From an uncultured Phycisphaerales bacterium (GTDB lineage Bacteria; Planctomycetota; Phycisphaerae; Phycisphaerales; SM1A02): a stretch of DNA of 64,000 nt. The first letter of the stretch is position 1. The number at the start of each line of letters is the position of its first letter. The stretch is taken from contig CALKEP010000009.1 of the NCBI GenBank assembly GCA_938084645.1, positions 1 to 64,000 of the forward strand. Direction: 5' to 3'. The translations under genes were made by a program, and so were the position numbers. Under the pieces are notes generated by a model that saw only the letters and a program-made list of their open reading frames with translations, made no database searches and was not told where the DNA came from. Below are positions 1 to 9,135 of the stretch, piece after piece.

Positions 1-86
1 CGAATCCCGAGATCCTCCTGAAAGATCCGTGGCGAAGATCCCGGTCTGAGGTACGTTACGGGGGTGCCTGCATTGAGAGAAAGACG

Positions 87-2750
87 ATGAAGATGAAGAT
101 ACGAGCCCTGAGGACGCTGCTGCCTGGACTCCTCGCCCTCGGCGTCGGAACATCCGCCGTGGGCCAGTCCTTCGTCAACTTCGAGTCCCCCCAGATCCAT
201 CCGATCGACGTGACGCCGGACGGGGAGGTCGTCCTCGTCACGAACACCGCGGACAATCGTCTCGCGATCCTCGACCGATCCGACGCCGGGAACCTCCGGC
301 TTCGAACGAGCGTTCCGGTGGGATTGGAGCCCGTGTCCGTACGGGCACTGGACGACACGACCGCCTGGGTCGTGAATCACCTGAGCGACAGCGTGAGCAT
401 CGTCGACCTGAACGAGGGACGCGTGATCGCCACGCTCCAGACGGGCGATGAGCCGGCGGACGTGGTCTTTGCAGGATCGCCGCGCCGGGCGTTCGTCAGC
501 ATCTCGCAGGAAAATCGGATCATGGTCTTCGACCCGGCGAACCCCGATCTTCCGGCGGTCTCGGTGGCGGTCGACGGTCAGGAGCCGAGGGCGCTGGCCA
601 CGGACGGTTCGAAGGTCTTCAGCGCGATCTTCGAGGCCGGAAACCTCACGACGATCCTCTCGGAGTTCGTCGTCGCATCCGATCTGAACCCGTACCCCGG
701 GGATCCGAATCCGCCTCCGAATTCGGGCATGGCGTTCGAGCCGCCCCTGAATCCGGCGCTTCCCGACGCCCCGCACGTGTCGATGATCGTCCGTCGAAAC
801 GACGACGGCGGCTGGGTCGACGACAACGGCGGCGACTGGTCGGATGCCGTCGGATGGGATCTCCATGGTCACGGTCTCGTGGTGATGGACCCGGACAGTC
901 TGGCGGTCTCGTATCGAACCGGGCTTCTGACGACGAACATGGCCTGCGCGTCGCGACCGAGCGGCGGGGTCGTCGTCGTGGGTACCGAAGCGATCAACGA
1001 GGTGCGCTTCGAACCGAATCTGGCGGGCCGTTTCATCCGCGTGGAGGGCGCGGTCGTCGAGCCCGGCACCGGCGTCGTTCGTCGAGATCTGAATCCCCAT
1101 CTGGACTATCTCGAGCCGACCATTCCCTTCACGGAGCGGGTTCGCAGCATCGGCGATCCACGCGGCGTGGTCTGTTCTCCCGATGGAACCGAGGTGTGGG
1201 TCAGCGGGATGGGTTCCAACAACGTGATCGTCCACGACGAGGATCTCGGTCGGCTCGATCGGATCGTGGTCGGGAACGGTCCCACCGGGATCGTCATGGA
1301 TCCCACCGGTTCGCACGTCTACGTCCTGAACCGGTTCGATGCGACGGTCACGGTGCTGGACCGGGTCTCGAGGAAGGAGATCGGCCTGTTGCGGCTGTTC
1401 GATCCCACGCCGCACTTCATCAAGGATGGTCGTCCGCTCCTCTATGACACGCATCTGACCTCGGGTCTTGGTCACACCTCGTGCAACAGCTGCCACATCG
1501 ATGGAAGAATCGATCAGTTGGCATGGGATCTCGGGGATCCTTCGGGAGCCATGAAGGCGTTCAACCAGAGCTGCGATCTGGACCTTCCCGACGACGACTG
1601 CGAGGACTGGCATCCCATGAAGGGGCCAATGACCACGCAGACCCTCACCGGTCTGAATGGCACGGAGCCCCTCCACTGGCGTGGCGACCGCGAGGACTTC
1701 GCGGCGTTCGACCACGCGTTCACGTCGATCCTGGGGAACGACGCGGACGGGACTCCGGCCGAGATGGCGGCGATGCAGGCGTTTCTTGGTTCGATCGCGA
1801 ACGCGCCCAATCCGAATCGACGACTCGACGGTTCCCTTCCCGACCAGATCCTCGGGGGAGACCCCGACGTTGGTCTGGAGGGATTCCACTCCGGCGAACT
1901 GGCCACCATCCAGTGCGTGACCTGTCACGCCCTGCCCAGCGGGGCGCTGGGCATGGTGATCTCGGCCAATCTCCTCGAGGAGAGCCAGTCGATGAAGGTC
2001 CCCCAGTTGAGAAACATGTACGAGAAGCAGGGGATGGACAAGACCTCCTTGCAGGGCTCGAAGGGCTTCGGCTTCCAGCACGATGGAAGCAAGGGGACGC
2101 TGGTGGAGTTCTTCGAGCGACCGGTGTTCACCTTTCCGAAGGGCGCTGCGGGCGATCAGCTGCGACGGGACATCGTCGCCCTGATGATGTGCTGGGACAC
2201 GGGGACGCACCCCGGGGTGGGGGCGCAGGCCCAGCGGGGAGGGGCAAGTCCGGACGCCATCGAACGACGGGATCTGCTGGTGACGCTGGCCCTCGCCGGG
2301 GACGCCGATCTGGTGGTTCGGATGAACCTCGACGGTCGACATCGCGGTGGAGTCCTGCTTGCCGATGGGCGCATCCAGACCGATGCTGCGGCCGAGGTCA
2401 TCGACCTCGAGGATCTCGATGGCCTGGTCGGCCCGTCGACGCCGGTGACCTACACCCTGGTTCCTTCGGGCAGTGGCGTTCGAATCGGCGTGGATCGTGA
2501 TCTCGATGGATTCTTCGACCTCGATGAGATCGTGGTCTGCGCCGACCCGGCCGATGCGTCGAGCACGCCGGAGAACGCCTCCTGCCTCCCCGACCTCAAT
2601 GGGGACGGTCAGGTCGACGGGAGCGACGTCGGCTTGCTGTTCGCGGCGTGGGGGGTCTGCTCGAGTGCCGACTGTCCGGCGGACTTCAATGGCGATGGAA
2701 AGGTGGATGCGGAGGATCTGGGCGTGCTCCTGGCCGCCTGGGGCAGCTGA
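87..2750 (+). CDS. Secreted YncE/YVTN beta-propeller protein with a di-heme cytochrome c domain and C-terminal dockerin-like repeats
   Basis: N-terminal signal peptide; propeller repeats (VGLEPVSV, WVVNHLSDSVS, VGNGPTGI, YVLNRFD); two CxxCH motifs (CNSCH, CVTCH); tail DLNGDGQVDGSDVGLLFAAWG / DFNGDGKVDAEDLGVLLAAWG. Confidence 0.8.
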   Translation: MKMKIRALRTLLPGLLALGVGTSAVGQSFVNFESPQIHPIDVTPDGEVVLVTNTADNRLAILDRSDAGNLRLRTSVPVGLEPVSVRALDDTTAWVVNHLSDSVSIVDLNEGRVIATLQTGDEPADVVFAGSPRRAFVSISQENRIMVFDPANPDLPAVSVAVDGQEPRALATDGSKVFSAIFEAGNLTTILSEFVVASDLNPYPGDPNPPPNSGMAFEPPLNPALPDAPHVSMIVRRNDDGGWVDDNGGDWSDAVGWDLHGHGLVVMDPDSLAVSYRTGLLTTNMACASRPSGGVVVVGTEAINEVRFEPNLAGRFIRVEGAVVEPGTGVVRRDLNPHLDYLEPTIPFTERVRSIGDPRGVVCSPDGTEVWVSGMGSNNVIVHDEDLGRLDRIVVGNGPTGIVMDPTGSHVYVLNRFDATVTVLDRVSRKEIGLLRLFDPTPHFIKDGRPLLYDTHLTSGLGHTSCNSCHIDGRIDQLAWDLGDPSGAMKAFNQSCDLDLPDDDCEDWHPMKGPMTTQTLTGLNGTEPLHWRGDREDFAAFDHAFTSILGNDADGTPAEMAAMQAFLGSIANAPNPNRRLDGSLPDQILGGDPDVGLEGFHSGELATIQCVTCHALPSGALGMVISANLLEESQSMKVPQLRNMYEKQGMDKTSLQGSKGFGFQHDGSKGTLVEFFERPVFTFPKGAAGDQLRRDIVALMMCWDTGTHPGVGAQAQRGGASPDAIERRDLLVTLALAGDADLVVRMNLDGRHRGGVLLADGRIQTDAAAEVIDLEDLDGLVGPSTPVTYTLVPSGSGVRIGVDRDLDGFFDLDEIVVCADPADASSTPENASCLPDLNGDGQVDGSDVGLLFAAWGVCSSADCPADFNGDGKVDAEDLGVLLAAWGS

Positions 2751-3077
2751 TCGCCTCACCGAGGTCCCCGTACGCGACGAATTGCTGCAGGACGAGATCG
2801 ACCCACGGGTGGTGATTCGGCCCGAGCTCATCCCGATGGAGATGGTCGCGGCGCTGCGGTGTCCGAACGGCATCGTGCCAACACGTTTCGAAGCCGATGC
2901 CGGTTCGAGTCGATTCCCTTGCTCGTGTTCGGATCGATGCGGTACCTTCCCCCGATGGATCGGTGATGATCGAGGCGCGGTCACGTCCTCGCGAACCGGC
3001 ACGCGCGGGGGCGTGAGGTCCGTGAAACAGCGGCGCCGAGGGCCGGTTCACCAGTCGAATCGAGGAGCGAAGCACCC

Positions 3078-4646
3078 ATGAAGAACAAGCAGCGCGAGCA
3101 CTCCAAGCAGTCCGAGCCCTCCCAGCACGGAGATTCGGTCGGGTTCTTGGGTGCGGTCGAGCGAATCGGCAACCGACTGCCGGATCCGGTCACGCTGTTC
3201 TTCCTCGGCGCGTTGCTGGTCCTGGTGCTCTCCCAGCTCGGCGCGTGGCTCGGATGGTCCGCGGTCAATCCCACCAGCGGCGTCGAGGTGGTGGTGACCC
3301 CGCTGCTTTCGGGCGAAGGGCTCGAATGGGTCTGGACCATGATGGTGGAGAACTTCACGGGCTTCGCGCCGCTGGGCGTGGTGCTCGTGGCGATGCTCGG
3401 CATCGGGGTCGCCGAACGCACCGGGCTCATCGCCGGGATCCTCGGCATCCTCATCCGGATCACGCCGCGGAAGCTGGTGATCCCCGGGCTGGTCTTCGCG
3501 GGCGTCCTCAGCTCGCTGGCGACCGATGCGGGATACGTCGTCCTGCCTCCGTTGGCGGCGGCGATCTTCGTGAGCATGGGACGATCCCCGCTCGTCGGGA
3601 TCGCCGCGGTGTTCGTCGGGGTCGGCGGGGGATTCAGCGCGAATCTCGCGGTCACCGCCCTCGACCCGATGCTGGCCGGGGCGACGCAGGATGCGGCGCG
3701 ACTCATCGACGACGCCGTCGTCGTCGAGGTGACCGCCAACTGGTACTTCATGATCGCCTCGACCTTCCTGGTGACCCTGGTCGGTTGGCTGGTCACCGTG
3801 TTCGTCGTCGAGCCGAGGTTCGATCCGGAGGAAGTGGCCCGCCAGATCGCGGTGGGTCGCGAGGCCACGGGTGACGACCAGGCCGAAGCGGAATCCTCGG
3901 GGAGCGGTCCGCTCCTCGCGTCGCTCGCATCGTTGGTGCTCGTGGCGACCGGACTGGTCCTGCTGGTGGTGCTTCCCGGCGCCCCCCTCGCGGAGGTGTG
4001 GGCCCAGGCGATGGTCCCGATGCTCTTCGTGCTCTTCCTCGTTCCCGGCGTGGTCTTCGGCATCGCCAACGGGACGATTCGAAACGATCGCGACGTCGCG
4101 CGGATGCTCGCCGAGTCGATGTCGTCGATGGGCGGGTACGTCGTGCTCGCCTTCTTCTGCGGCCAGTTCGTCGCGTGGTTCAAGGAGAGCGGGCTCGGAA
4201 CGATCCTCGCGATCAACGGGATCGAGGTGCTCTCGAGCTGGAACCTTCCGCGGGAGCTCCTCGTGGTGGCGGTGATCCTGCTGACCGCGGGACTGAATCT
4301 CTTCATCGGCTCCGCGAGCGCGAAGTGGTTCCTCCTCGCGCCGGTCTTCGTCCCGTTGTTCCTCGGACTCGGCGTCTCGCCCGAGCTCACCCAGGCGGCC
4401 TACCGCGTCGGGGACTCGACCACCAACATCATCGCGCCGTTGAATCCCTACCTCGTCATCGTCATCGTCTTCATGCGACGGTACGTGCCGAAGGCCGGGA
4501 TCGGGAGCGTGTTCTCGCTCATGCTGCCCTACAGCATCGCGCTGCTGCTGGTGTGGCCGATCTTCCTGCTCGCCTGGTCCTCCCTCGGAATTCCGCTCGG
4601 TCCCGACAACGGACCGCTCTTCCTCGAGCCGATGACCGCGGGATGA
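3078..4646 (+). CDS. abgT: AbgT family transporter (p-aminobenzoyl-glutamate transporter-like)
   Basis: VERIGNRLPDPVTLF, NFTGFAPLG, GGGFSANL, ANWYFM, GSASAKW and YRVGDSTTNIIAPLNPY are AbgT-family motifs; GAGGAG precedes the ATG. Confidence 0.9.
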   Translation: MKNKQREHSKQSEPSQHGDSVGFLGAVERIGNRLPDPVTLFFLGALLVLVLSQLGAWLGWSAVNPTSGVEVVVTPLLSGEGLEWVWTMMVENFTGFAPLGVVLVAMLGIGVAERTGLIAGILGILIRITPRKLVIPGLVFAGVLSSLATDAGYVVLPPLAAAIFVSMGRSPLVGIAAVFVGVGGGFSANLAVTALDPMLAGATQDAARLIDDAVVVEVTANWYFMIASTFLVTLVGWLVTVFVVEPRFDPEEVARQIAVGREATGDDQAEAESSGSGPLLASLASLVLVATGLVLLVVLPGAPLAEVWAQAMVPMLFVLFLVPGVVFGIANGTIRNDRDVARMLAESMSSMGGYVVLAFFCGQFVAWFKESGLGTILAINGIEVLSSWNLPRELLVVAVILLTAGLNLFIGSASAKWFLLAPVFVPLFLGLGVSPELTQAAYRVGDSTTNIIAPLNPYLVIVIVFMRRYVPKAGIGSVFSLMLPYSIALLLVWPIFLLAWSSLGIPLGPDNGPLFLEPMTAG

Positions 4647-4800
4647 CGCGAAGCGTCGATCGAAGAGGTGCCCGCCGCAGCCTCGGGGCGGGCGATCGCG
4701 TCGATCCCCGCCCGAGAGGATCCAGGGCATTCTTCGCGTCTTGGGATCGAATTCGAGCGACCGACGGCGAGGCCACCGAGCCCCGAGTCCTCCCGCTCGA

Positions 4801-5541
4801 TCAGCTGGCGGGCCAGCTGAAGGTCTCGAGGTGGTGCTTGAGATCGCCTGCGGACTGAAACCGTCGCGAGATGACATCCGATCGGCAACCACCGATCAGA
4901 TATCGCAGATGCTCGCTTCGCGTGGCTGCGGTGAAGCGCGGGCCACCGGTCATCTCACGAAGCAGTCGGGCGCAATCGACGAGATCGTCCTTCTGATGGC
5001 GACGATCGCCACGGCCTCGATCGTAGAAGTCCACGAGTTTGAGATCGAAGCGGATTCCCCTGCGTCTGACGAGGATGTTCTGGGCGTGAAGATCTCCGTG
5101 GTACTCGCCCATGCCGTGGAGTTCCTCGAGGCCGCACGCGAGCTCGTGCAGGATGGCCATGGCCTCGAATTCGGAGAGTCGGCCTCCGCGCGAAGCGGCG
5201 ATCAGCCGATCGAGCCGGGTGCCCTCGACGTATTCACTGATCAGCGCCGTCACCGGGCTGCGGCGAACCTGGAGTTGTTCCACGTGATGGTATTGGATGA
5301 CCATGCGGCAATCCCGCAGTCGCTCGAGCTTGCGAGCATAGAAAAGCACGGCGTGATCTCGGATGTTCCGGTTCGGATGGAACAACTTCGCAGCACGAAC
5401 GGCGCCGGTGGCGCGCTCGATGATGCGATAGACCTCGCCTTCCCAGCCATGGCCGATGTGGGAGACGACCTCGTACTTGCCCCCGATGACTCGGCCGGCC
5501 GGCAGATCGAAGCTCGGGGCCTGGCGGGTGGTGCGGTGCAT
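4801..5541 (-). CDS. Stand-alone Ser/Thr protein kinase-like protein
   Basis: Gly-loop IGHGWEGEVY, AAKLF lysine, catalytic loop YHGDLHAQNIL, KLVDFY. Confidence 0.8.
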   Translation of the reverse strand: MHRTTRQAPSFDLPAGRVIGGKYEVVSHIGHGWEGEVYRIIERATGAVRAAKLFHPNRNIRDHAVLFYARKLERLRDCRMVIQYHHVEQLQVRRSPVTALISEYVEGTRLDRLIAASRGGRLSEFEAMAILHELACGLEELHGMGEYHGDLHAQNILVRRRGIRFDLKLVDFYDRGRGDRRHQKDDLVDCARLLREMTGGPRFTAATRSEHLRYLIGGCRSDVISRRFQSAGDLKHHLETFSWPAS

Positions 5542-5669
5542 GGCGCGGAATCATCGGGCCTCGAGCGGTCAGACGCCACCCCGGATGCCGGAAATCGATG
5601 GAAAGATCGGATCGGAGAACCGGGCACCGTCTGGCCTGGGGCCCGTGGTGCCAAGAGGCCCGGCACGCG

Positions 5670-5694
5670 AAAAGCCCCCGCGATGCGGGGGCTT
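5670..5694 (-). terminator. Intrinsic terminator downstream of tRNA-Arg
   Basis: Perfect inverted repeat AAGCCCCCGC-ATC-GCGGGGGCTT ending in a short T run (TTTT) on the minus strand, about 10 nt after the tRNA 3' end. Confidence 0.75.
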
Positions 5695-5704
5695 CCGGGG
5701 GGAA

Positions 5705-5778
<74 letters not shown>

Positions 5779-5831
5779 TCGGTTTCGGACGGGGGATTGT
5801 AGCGGAATCGACGCTGCCGGTGAACCCGGCG

Positions 5832-7472
5832 TCAGGACCGGTCCGGGGCGCCCCCGGTCTCGAGCACGATGTCGGCTTCACGGCTCGTGGCGGGCCCCGC
5901 CGTCGTCTCGGGCGGTGCGATCCAGCTGCCATCGGTGCTGTGTTCGGCCTGCGTCATCAGCGACTTCGCCGCGAAGGGGAGGGCGAGGATGCCCACGCCG
6001 AACACCACCGCCGCCACCTTCGGCCAGGGGGTCGGTCCGGCATCGACGCCTTCGGTGCGGGCGTCGGGCTTGCGGATCACCGGCAGGCCGGCGAGGTGCA
6101 GGTAGTAATAGGAACTCACCGCACTGGTCGCCATCATGATGACCACCAGAGGTGTCTCGCCCGCGGTGATGCCCGCGACCACGAGATCCAGCTTGCCCCA
6201 GAAGCCGAGCAGCGGTGGAAGGCCGAGCATCGAGAAGGAACTCGCCGCGAGGACGAACGCCATTCCGGGATGCCGCTTCCAGAGGCCGGCGAGGTCGTCC
6301 AGTGTCTCGACTTCGCGACCATGGCGCTGGAGTCCGCAGAGCACGCCGAACATCGCGACGTTCGCGACCCCGTAGGTGACGAGATAGAAGAGGACGGCGT
6401 CGATGCCTTCGGCGGTGCCGGCGATGACGCCGACGAGCATGTAGCCGGAATGGGAGATCGACGAGTAGGCGAGCAGCCGCTTGATCGAGGTCTGCAGCAG
6501 GGCGCCGATGTTCCCGAGGATCATGGTCAGCACCGCGATCACCCAGAGGGTCGCGTGCACCGGCTTCGGAAGGCCTTCGGCGGGCACCTTGATGCCCGCG
6601 TCGTCGATCATGTGGTGGCCGCTCCACCCGACCGCCATGCAGAGCATGATGATCGCTCCGAAGCCCGCGACCTTCGGCATGAAGGAGATGAACGCAGTGA
6701 CCGGCGTGGGAGCGCCCTGGTAGACGTCGGGGGCGTAGAAGTGCATCGGCACCGCGGTGATCTTGAAGCAGAGCCCGATGATCGCCAGCACCATGCCCAG
6801 CACGCCGAAGAACGGGATGCCTCCCGCCGCGGCCTGGGTGGCGAAGACCTCCTGCATGCCGGTGAGCGACAGGGTTCCCGTCGCGCCGTACATCAGCGAG
6901 AAGCCGTACAGGAAGGTCGCGGAGCTCATCGCGCCGAGGAAGAAGTACTTGATCGCCGCTTCCATGTTCCGGCGGGTGCCGCGGCCGAGGGCGACCATGA
7001 CGTAGGTGGGCAGCGAAGAGAGTTCGATCGCGAGGAAGAGCCAGATCAGGTCGTTCGCGTTCGCGATCAGCATCGTGCCCGCGATCGAAAGCAGCAGGAA
7101 GGCGTGGTATTCACCACGCACCACCCGGAGCGGGTCGAACCCCGCGCGACCGTTGCGGATCGCCTCCTCGTAACGACGGTCGACCATGCCGATCCCGACC
7201 AGCACCAGGCCGATCGCGATCACGCCCACCATCACCTTGAGGTACAGCCCGAGATTCGGCAGCAGGAGGTCGGCCCCGGTGACCGCTTCGGAGCCGTCGT
7301 AGACGACGTCGGTGGCGATGATCGCGGCGACCAGGAATCCGATGGTGGTCCACGGCACCGCGTTCCGCACACGGCGGTTCGAGGAGAGACCGAGGACCGC
7401 GACGACCACGGCGCCGATGAGGAGCAGGATCTCCGGCGTGATCAGGAGCAGCTTGGAGCTCATGTCGACCAT
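5832..7472 (-). CDS. nuoN: NADH-quinone oxidoreductase subunit N
   Basis: LFLAIELSSLPTY, EAAIKYF, FKITAVPMHFYAPDVYQGAPTP, KRLLAYSSISHSGY; last gene of the nuoJ-N run. Confidence 0.95.
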   Translation of the reverse strand: MVDMSSKLLLITPEILLLIGAVVVAVLGLSSNRRVRNAVPWTTIGFLVAAIIATDVVYDGSEAVTGADLLLPNLGLYLKVMVGVIAIGLVLVGIGMVDRRYEEAIRNGRAGFDPLRVVRGEYHAFLLLSIAGTMLIANANDLIWLFLAIELSSLPTYVMVALGRGTRRNMEAAIKYFFLGAMSSATFLYGFSLMYGATGTLSLTGMQEVFATQAAAGGIPFFGVLGMVLAIIGLCFKITAVPMHFYAPDVYQGAPTPVTAFISFMPKVAGFGAIIMLCMAVGWSGHHMIDDAGIKVPAEGLPKPVHATLWVIAVLTMILGNIGALLQTSIKRLLAYSSISHSGYMLVGVIAGTAEGIDAVLFYLVTYGVANVAMFGVLCGLQRHGREVETLDDLAGLWKRHPGMAFVLAASSFSMLGLPPLLGFWGKLDLVVAGITAGETPLVVIMMATSAVSSYYYLHLAGLPVIRKPDARTEGVDAGPTPWPKVAAVVFGVGILALPFAAKSLMTQAEHSTDGSWIAPPETTAGPATSREADIVLETGGAPDRS

Positions 7473-7476
7473 GGGT

Positions 7477-9135
7477 TCAGCGGCTCCTCTCGGCGGGGAC
7501 GATGTCCGGGGAGGACACGTCGGCCGTGGACACGGGAGAGAAGGCGACTGATTCCGCCACTTCCATCTGTTCCATTCGCTGGACGTGGGCCTCGACCAGG
7601 GCGGGGTACGGCTTCAGGACTTCCTCGGCCACCGGTTCGACCGCGTGGAGAATCGGCCACGGCACGAGGCCGAACACCAGGCAGACGAGGGCGATCGGGG
7701 CGACGGCCGCGATCTCGCGAAGATTGAGATCCTTGGGCAGTTCCTCGTGGTCGTGATGATCGGTCGGCTCCCGGAGCGGGCCGAAGCAGAGCTTGCCGGT
7801 CATGTACAGCAGGTACATCGCACCGAGCACCATGCCGGTCGCGGCGACCGCGGCGAACCACGGACCCAGCACGCCGCCGTAGCCCGACTGGGCGCCCGGC
7901 ACTGCGATGAAGGTCCCGATCAGGCAGAGGAACTCGCTCACGAAACCATTGAGCCCGGGGAGTCCGACGCTCGCGAAGACCAGCACGATGAAGAAGAACG
8001 ACCAGACCGGCATCTTGAAGGCCAGCCCGCCGACCTCGCGAAGGTCCTTGGTGTGGTATCGCTCGTACATCATGCCGATGCAGAGGAAGAGGCCGCCGGT
8101 CGCGAAGCCGTGACTGAGCATGTAGAAGACCGAGCCCTGCAGGCCGATCGGATTGAGGGCGATCAGGCCGAGCACGGCGAAGCCCATGTGGCTCACCGAC
8201 GAGTAGGCGATGAGTTTCTTGACGTCGGTCTGCACCCAGCAGATCAGGGCGGCGTAGACGATGCCGATCACCGCGAGCACCGCGATGGTCGGGGCCCAGG
8301 TCACGACCGCCTCCGGCACCATCGGCAGGATGAAGACGTAGAGGCCGTAGAGACCGAGCTTCAGGATCACCGCGGCGAAGTTGACCGAACCCGCGGTGGG
8401 AGCCTGGTTGTGGGCGAGCGGAAGCCAGGTGTGCAGCGGGAAGAGCGGGACCTTCACCGCGAGTCCGGCGAGCAGGGCGAGGAGGATCCAGCCCTGTTCC
8501 TCGGCGGAGAGCGACGGTGCGAACGCGGTCAGGTCCTTGATCGCGAACGACCAGTCCCCGGTCTGTTCCGCGTGCTGCCACGCCACGTAGGCGAGGCCCA
8601 GCAGCATGAACAGCGAGCCGACGAAGGTGTAGATGAAGAACTTGAACGAGGCCTCGCGGCGATCCGGGCCGCCGTAGATCGCCAGCATGAAGAAGCCGGG
8701 GACCAGCGACGCCTCGAAGAAGGTGTAGAAGCTGATCACGTCACGGGCCACGAACACGCCCATCACGCAGGTCGAGAGGACCATCAACCAGATGTAGAAC
8801 TCGCGGCGTCGTTCCTGGATCGCGCTCCACGAGCCGAGCACGCAGCAGGGCATCAGGAACACGTTCAACAGCACCAGGAGGAGCGAGACGCTGTCCACGC
8901 CCAGCTCGAGGGCGACACCGATCCCCGGCAGCACCGGGAAGGCGTCCGACTCGGGTGCCGGCCAGTACATCCACTGGTCGGCCTGCCAGTGGGGGAACTG
9001 CATCGCGAGGACCACCGCCCAGGCGAGGGTCGCGAGCGAGCCGCCGAGGGCGACCGCTCGGGCGTTCCGTTCACCGCCGAAGGCGATGCCGACGCAGGTC
9101 GCGATCGGGATGAGAAGCAGGATCCAGAGCTGCAT
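7477..9135 (-). CDS. nuoM: NADH-quinone oxidoreductase subunit M
   Basis: FYTFFEASLVP, KVPLFPLHTWLPLAH, DVKKLIAYSSVSHMG, GLPGLNGFVSEF. Start moved to ATG 9135 (MQLWILL), which overlaps the nuoL stop. Confidence 0.95.
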   Translation of the reverse strand: MQLWILLLIPIATCVGIAFGGERNARAVALGGSLATLAWAVVLAMQFPHWQADQWMYWPAPESDAFPVLPGIGVALELGVDSVSLLLVLLNVFLMPCCVLGSWSAIQERRREFYIWLMVLSTCVMGVFVARDVISFYTFFEASLVPGFFMLAIYGGPDRREASFKFFIYTFVGSLFMLLGLAYVAWQHAEQTGDWSFAIKDLTAFAPSLSAEEQGWILLALLAGLAVKVPLFPLHTWLPLAHNQAPTAGSVNFAAVILKLGLYGLYVFILPMVPEAVVTWAPTIAVLAVIGIVYAALICWVQTDVKKLIAYSSVSHMGFAVLGLIALNPIGLQGSVFYMLSHGFATGGLFLCIGMMYERYHTKDLREVGGLAFKMPVWSFFFIVLVFASVGLPGLNGFVSEFLCLIGTFIAVPGAQSGYGGVLGPWFAAVAATGMVLGAMYLLYMTGKLCFGPLREPTDHHDHEELPKDLNLREIAAVAPIALVCLVFGLVPWPILHAVEPVAEEVLKPYPALVEAHVQRMEQMEVAESVAFSPVSTADVSSPDIVPAERSR

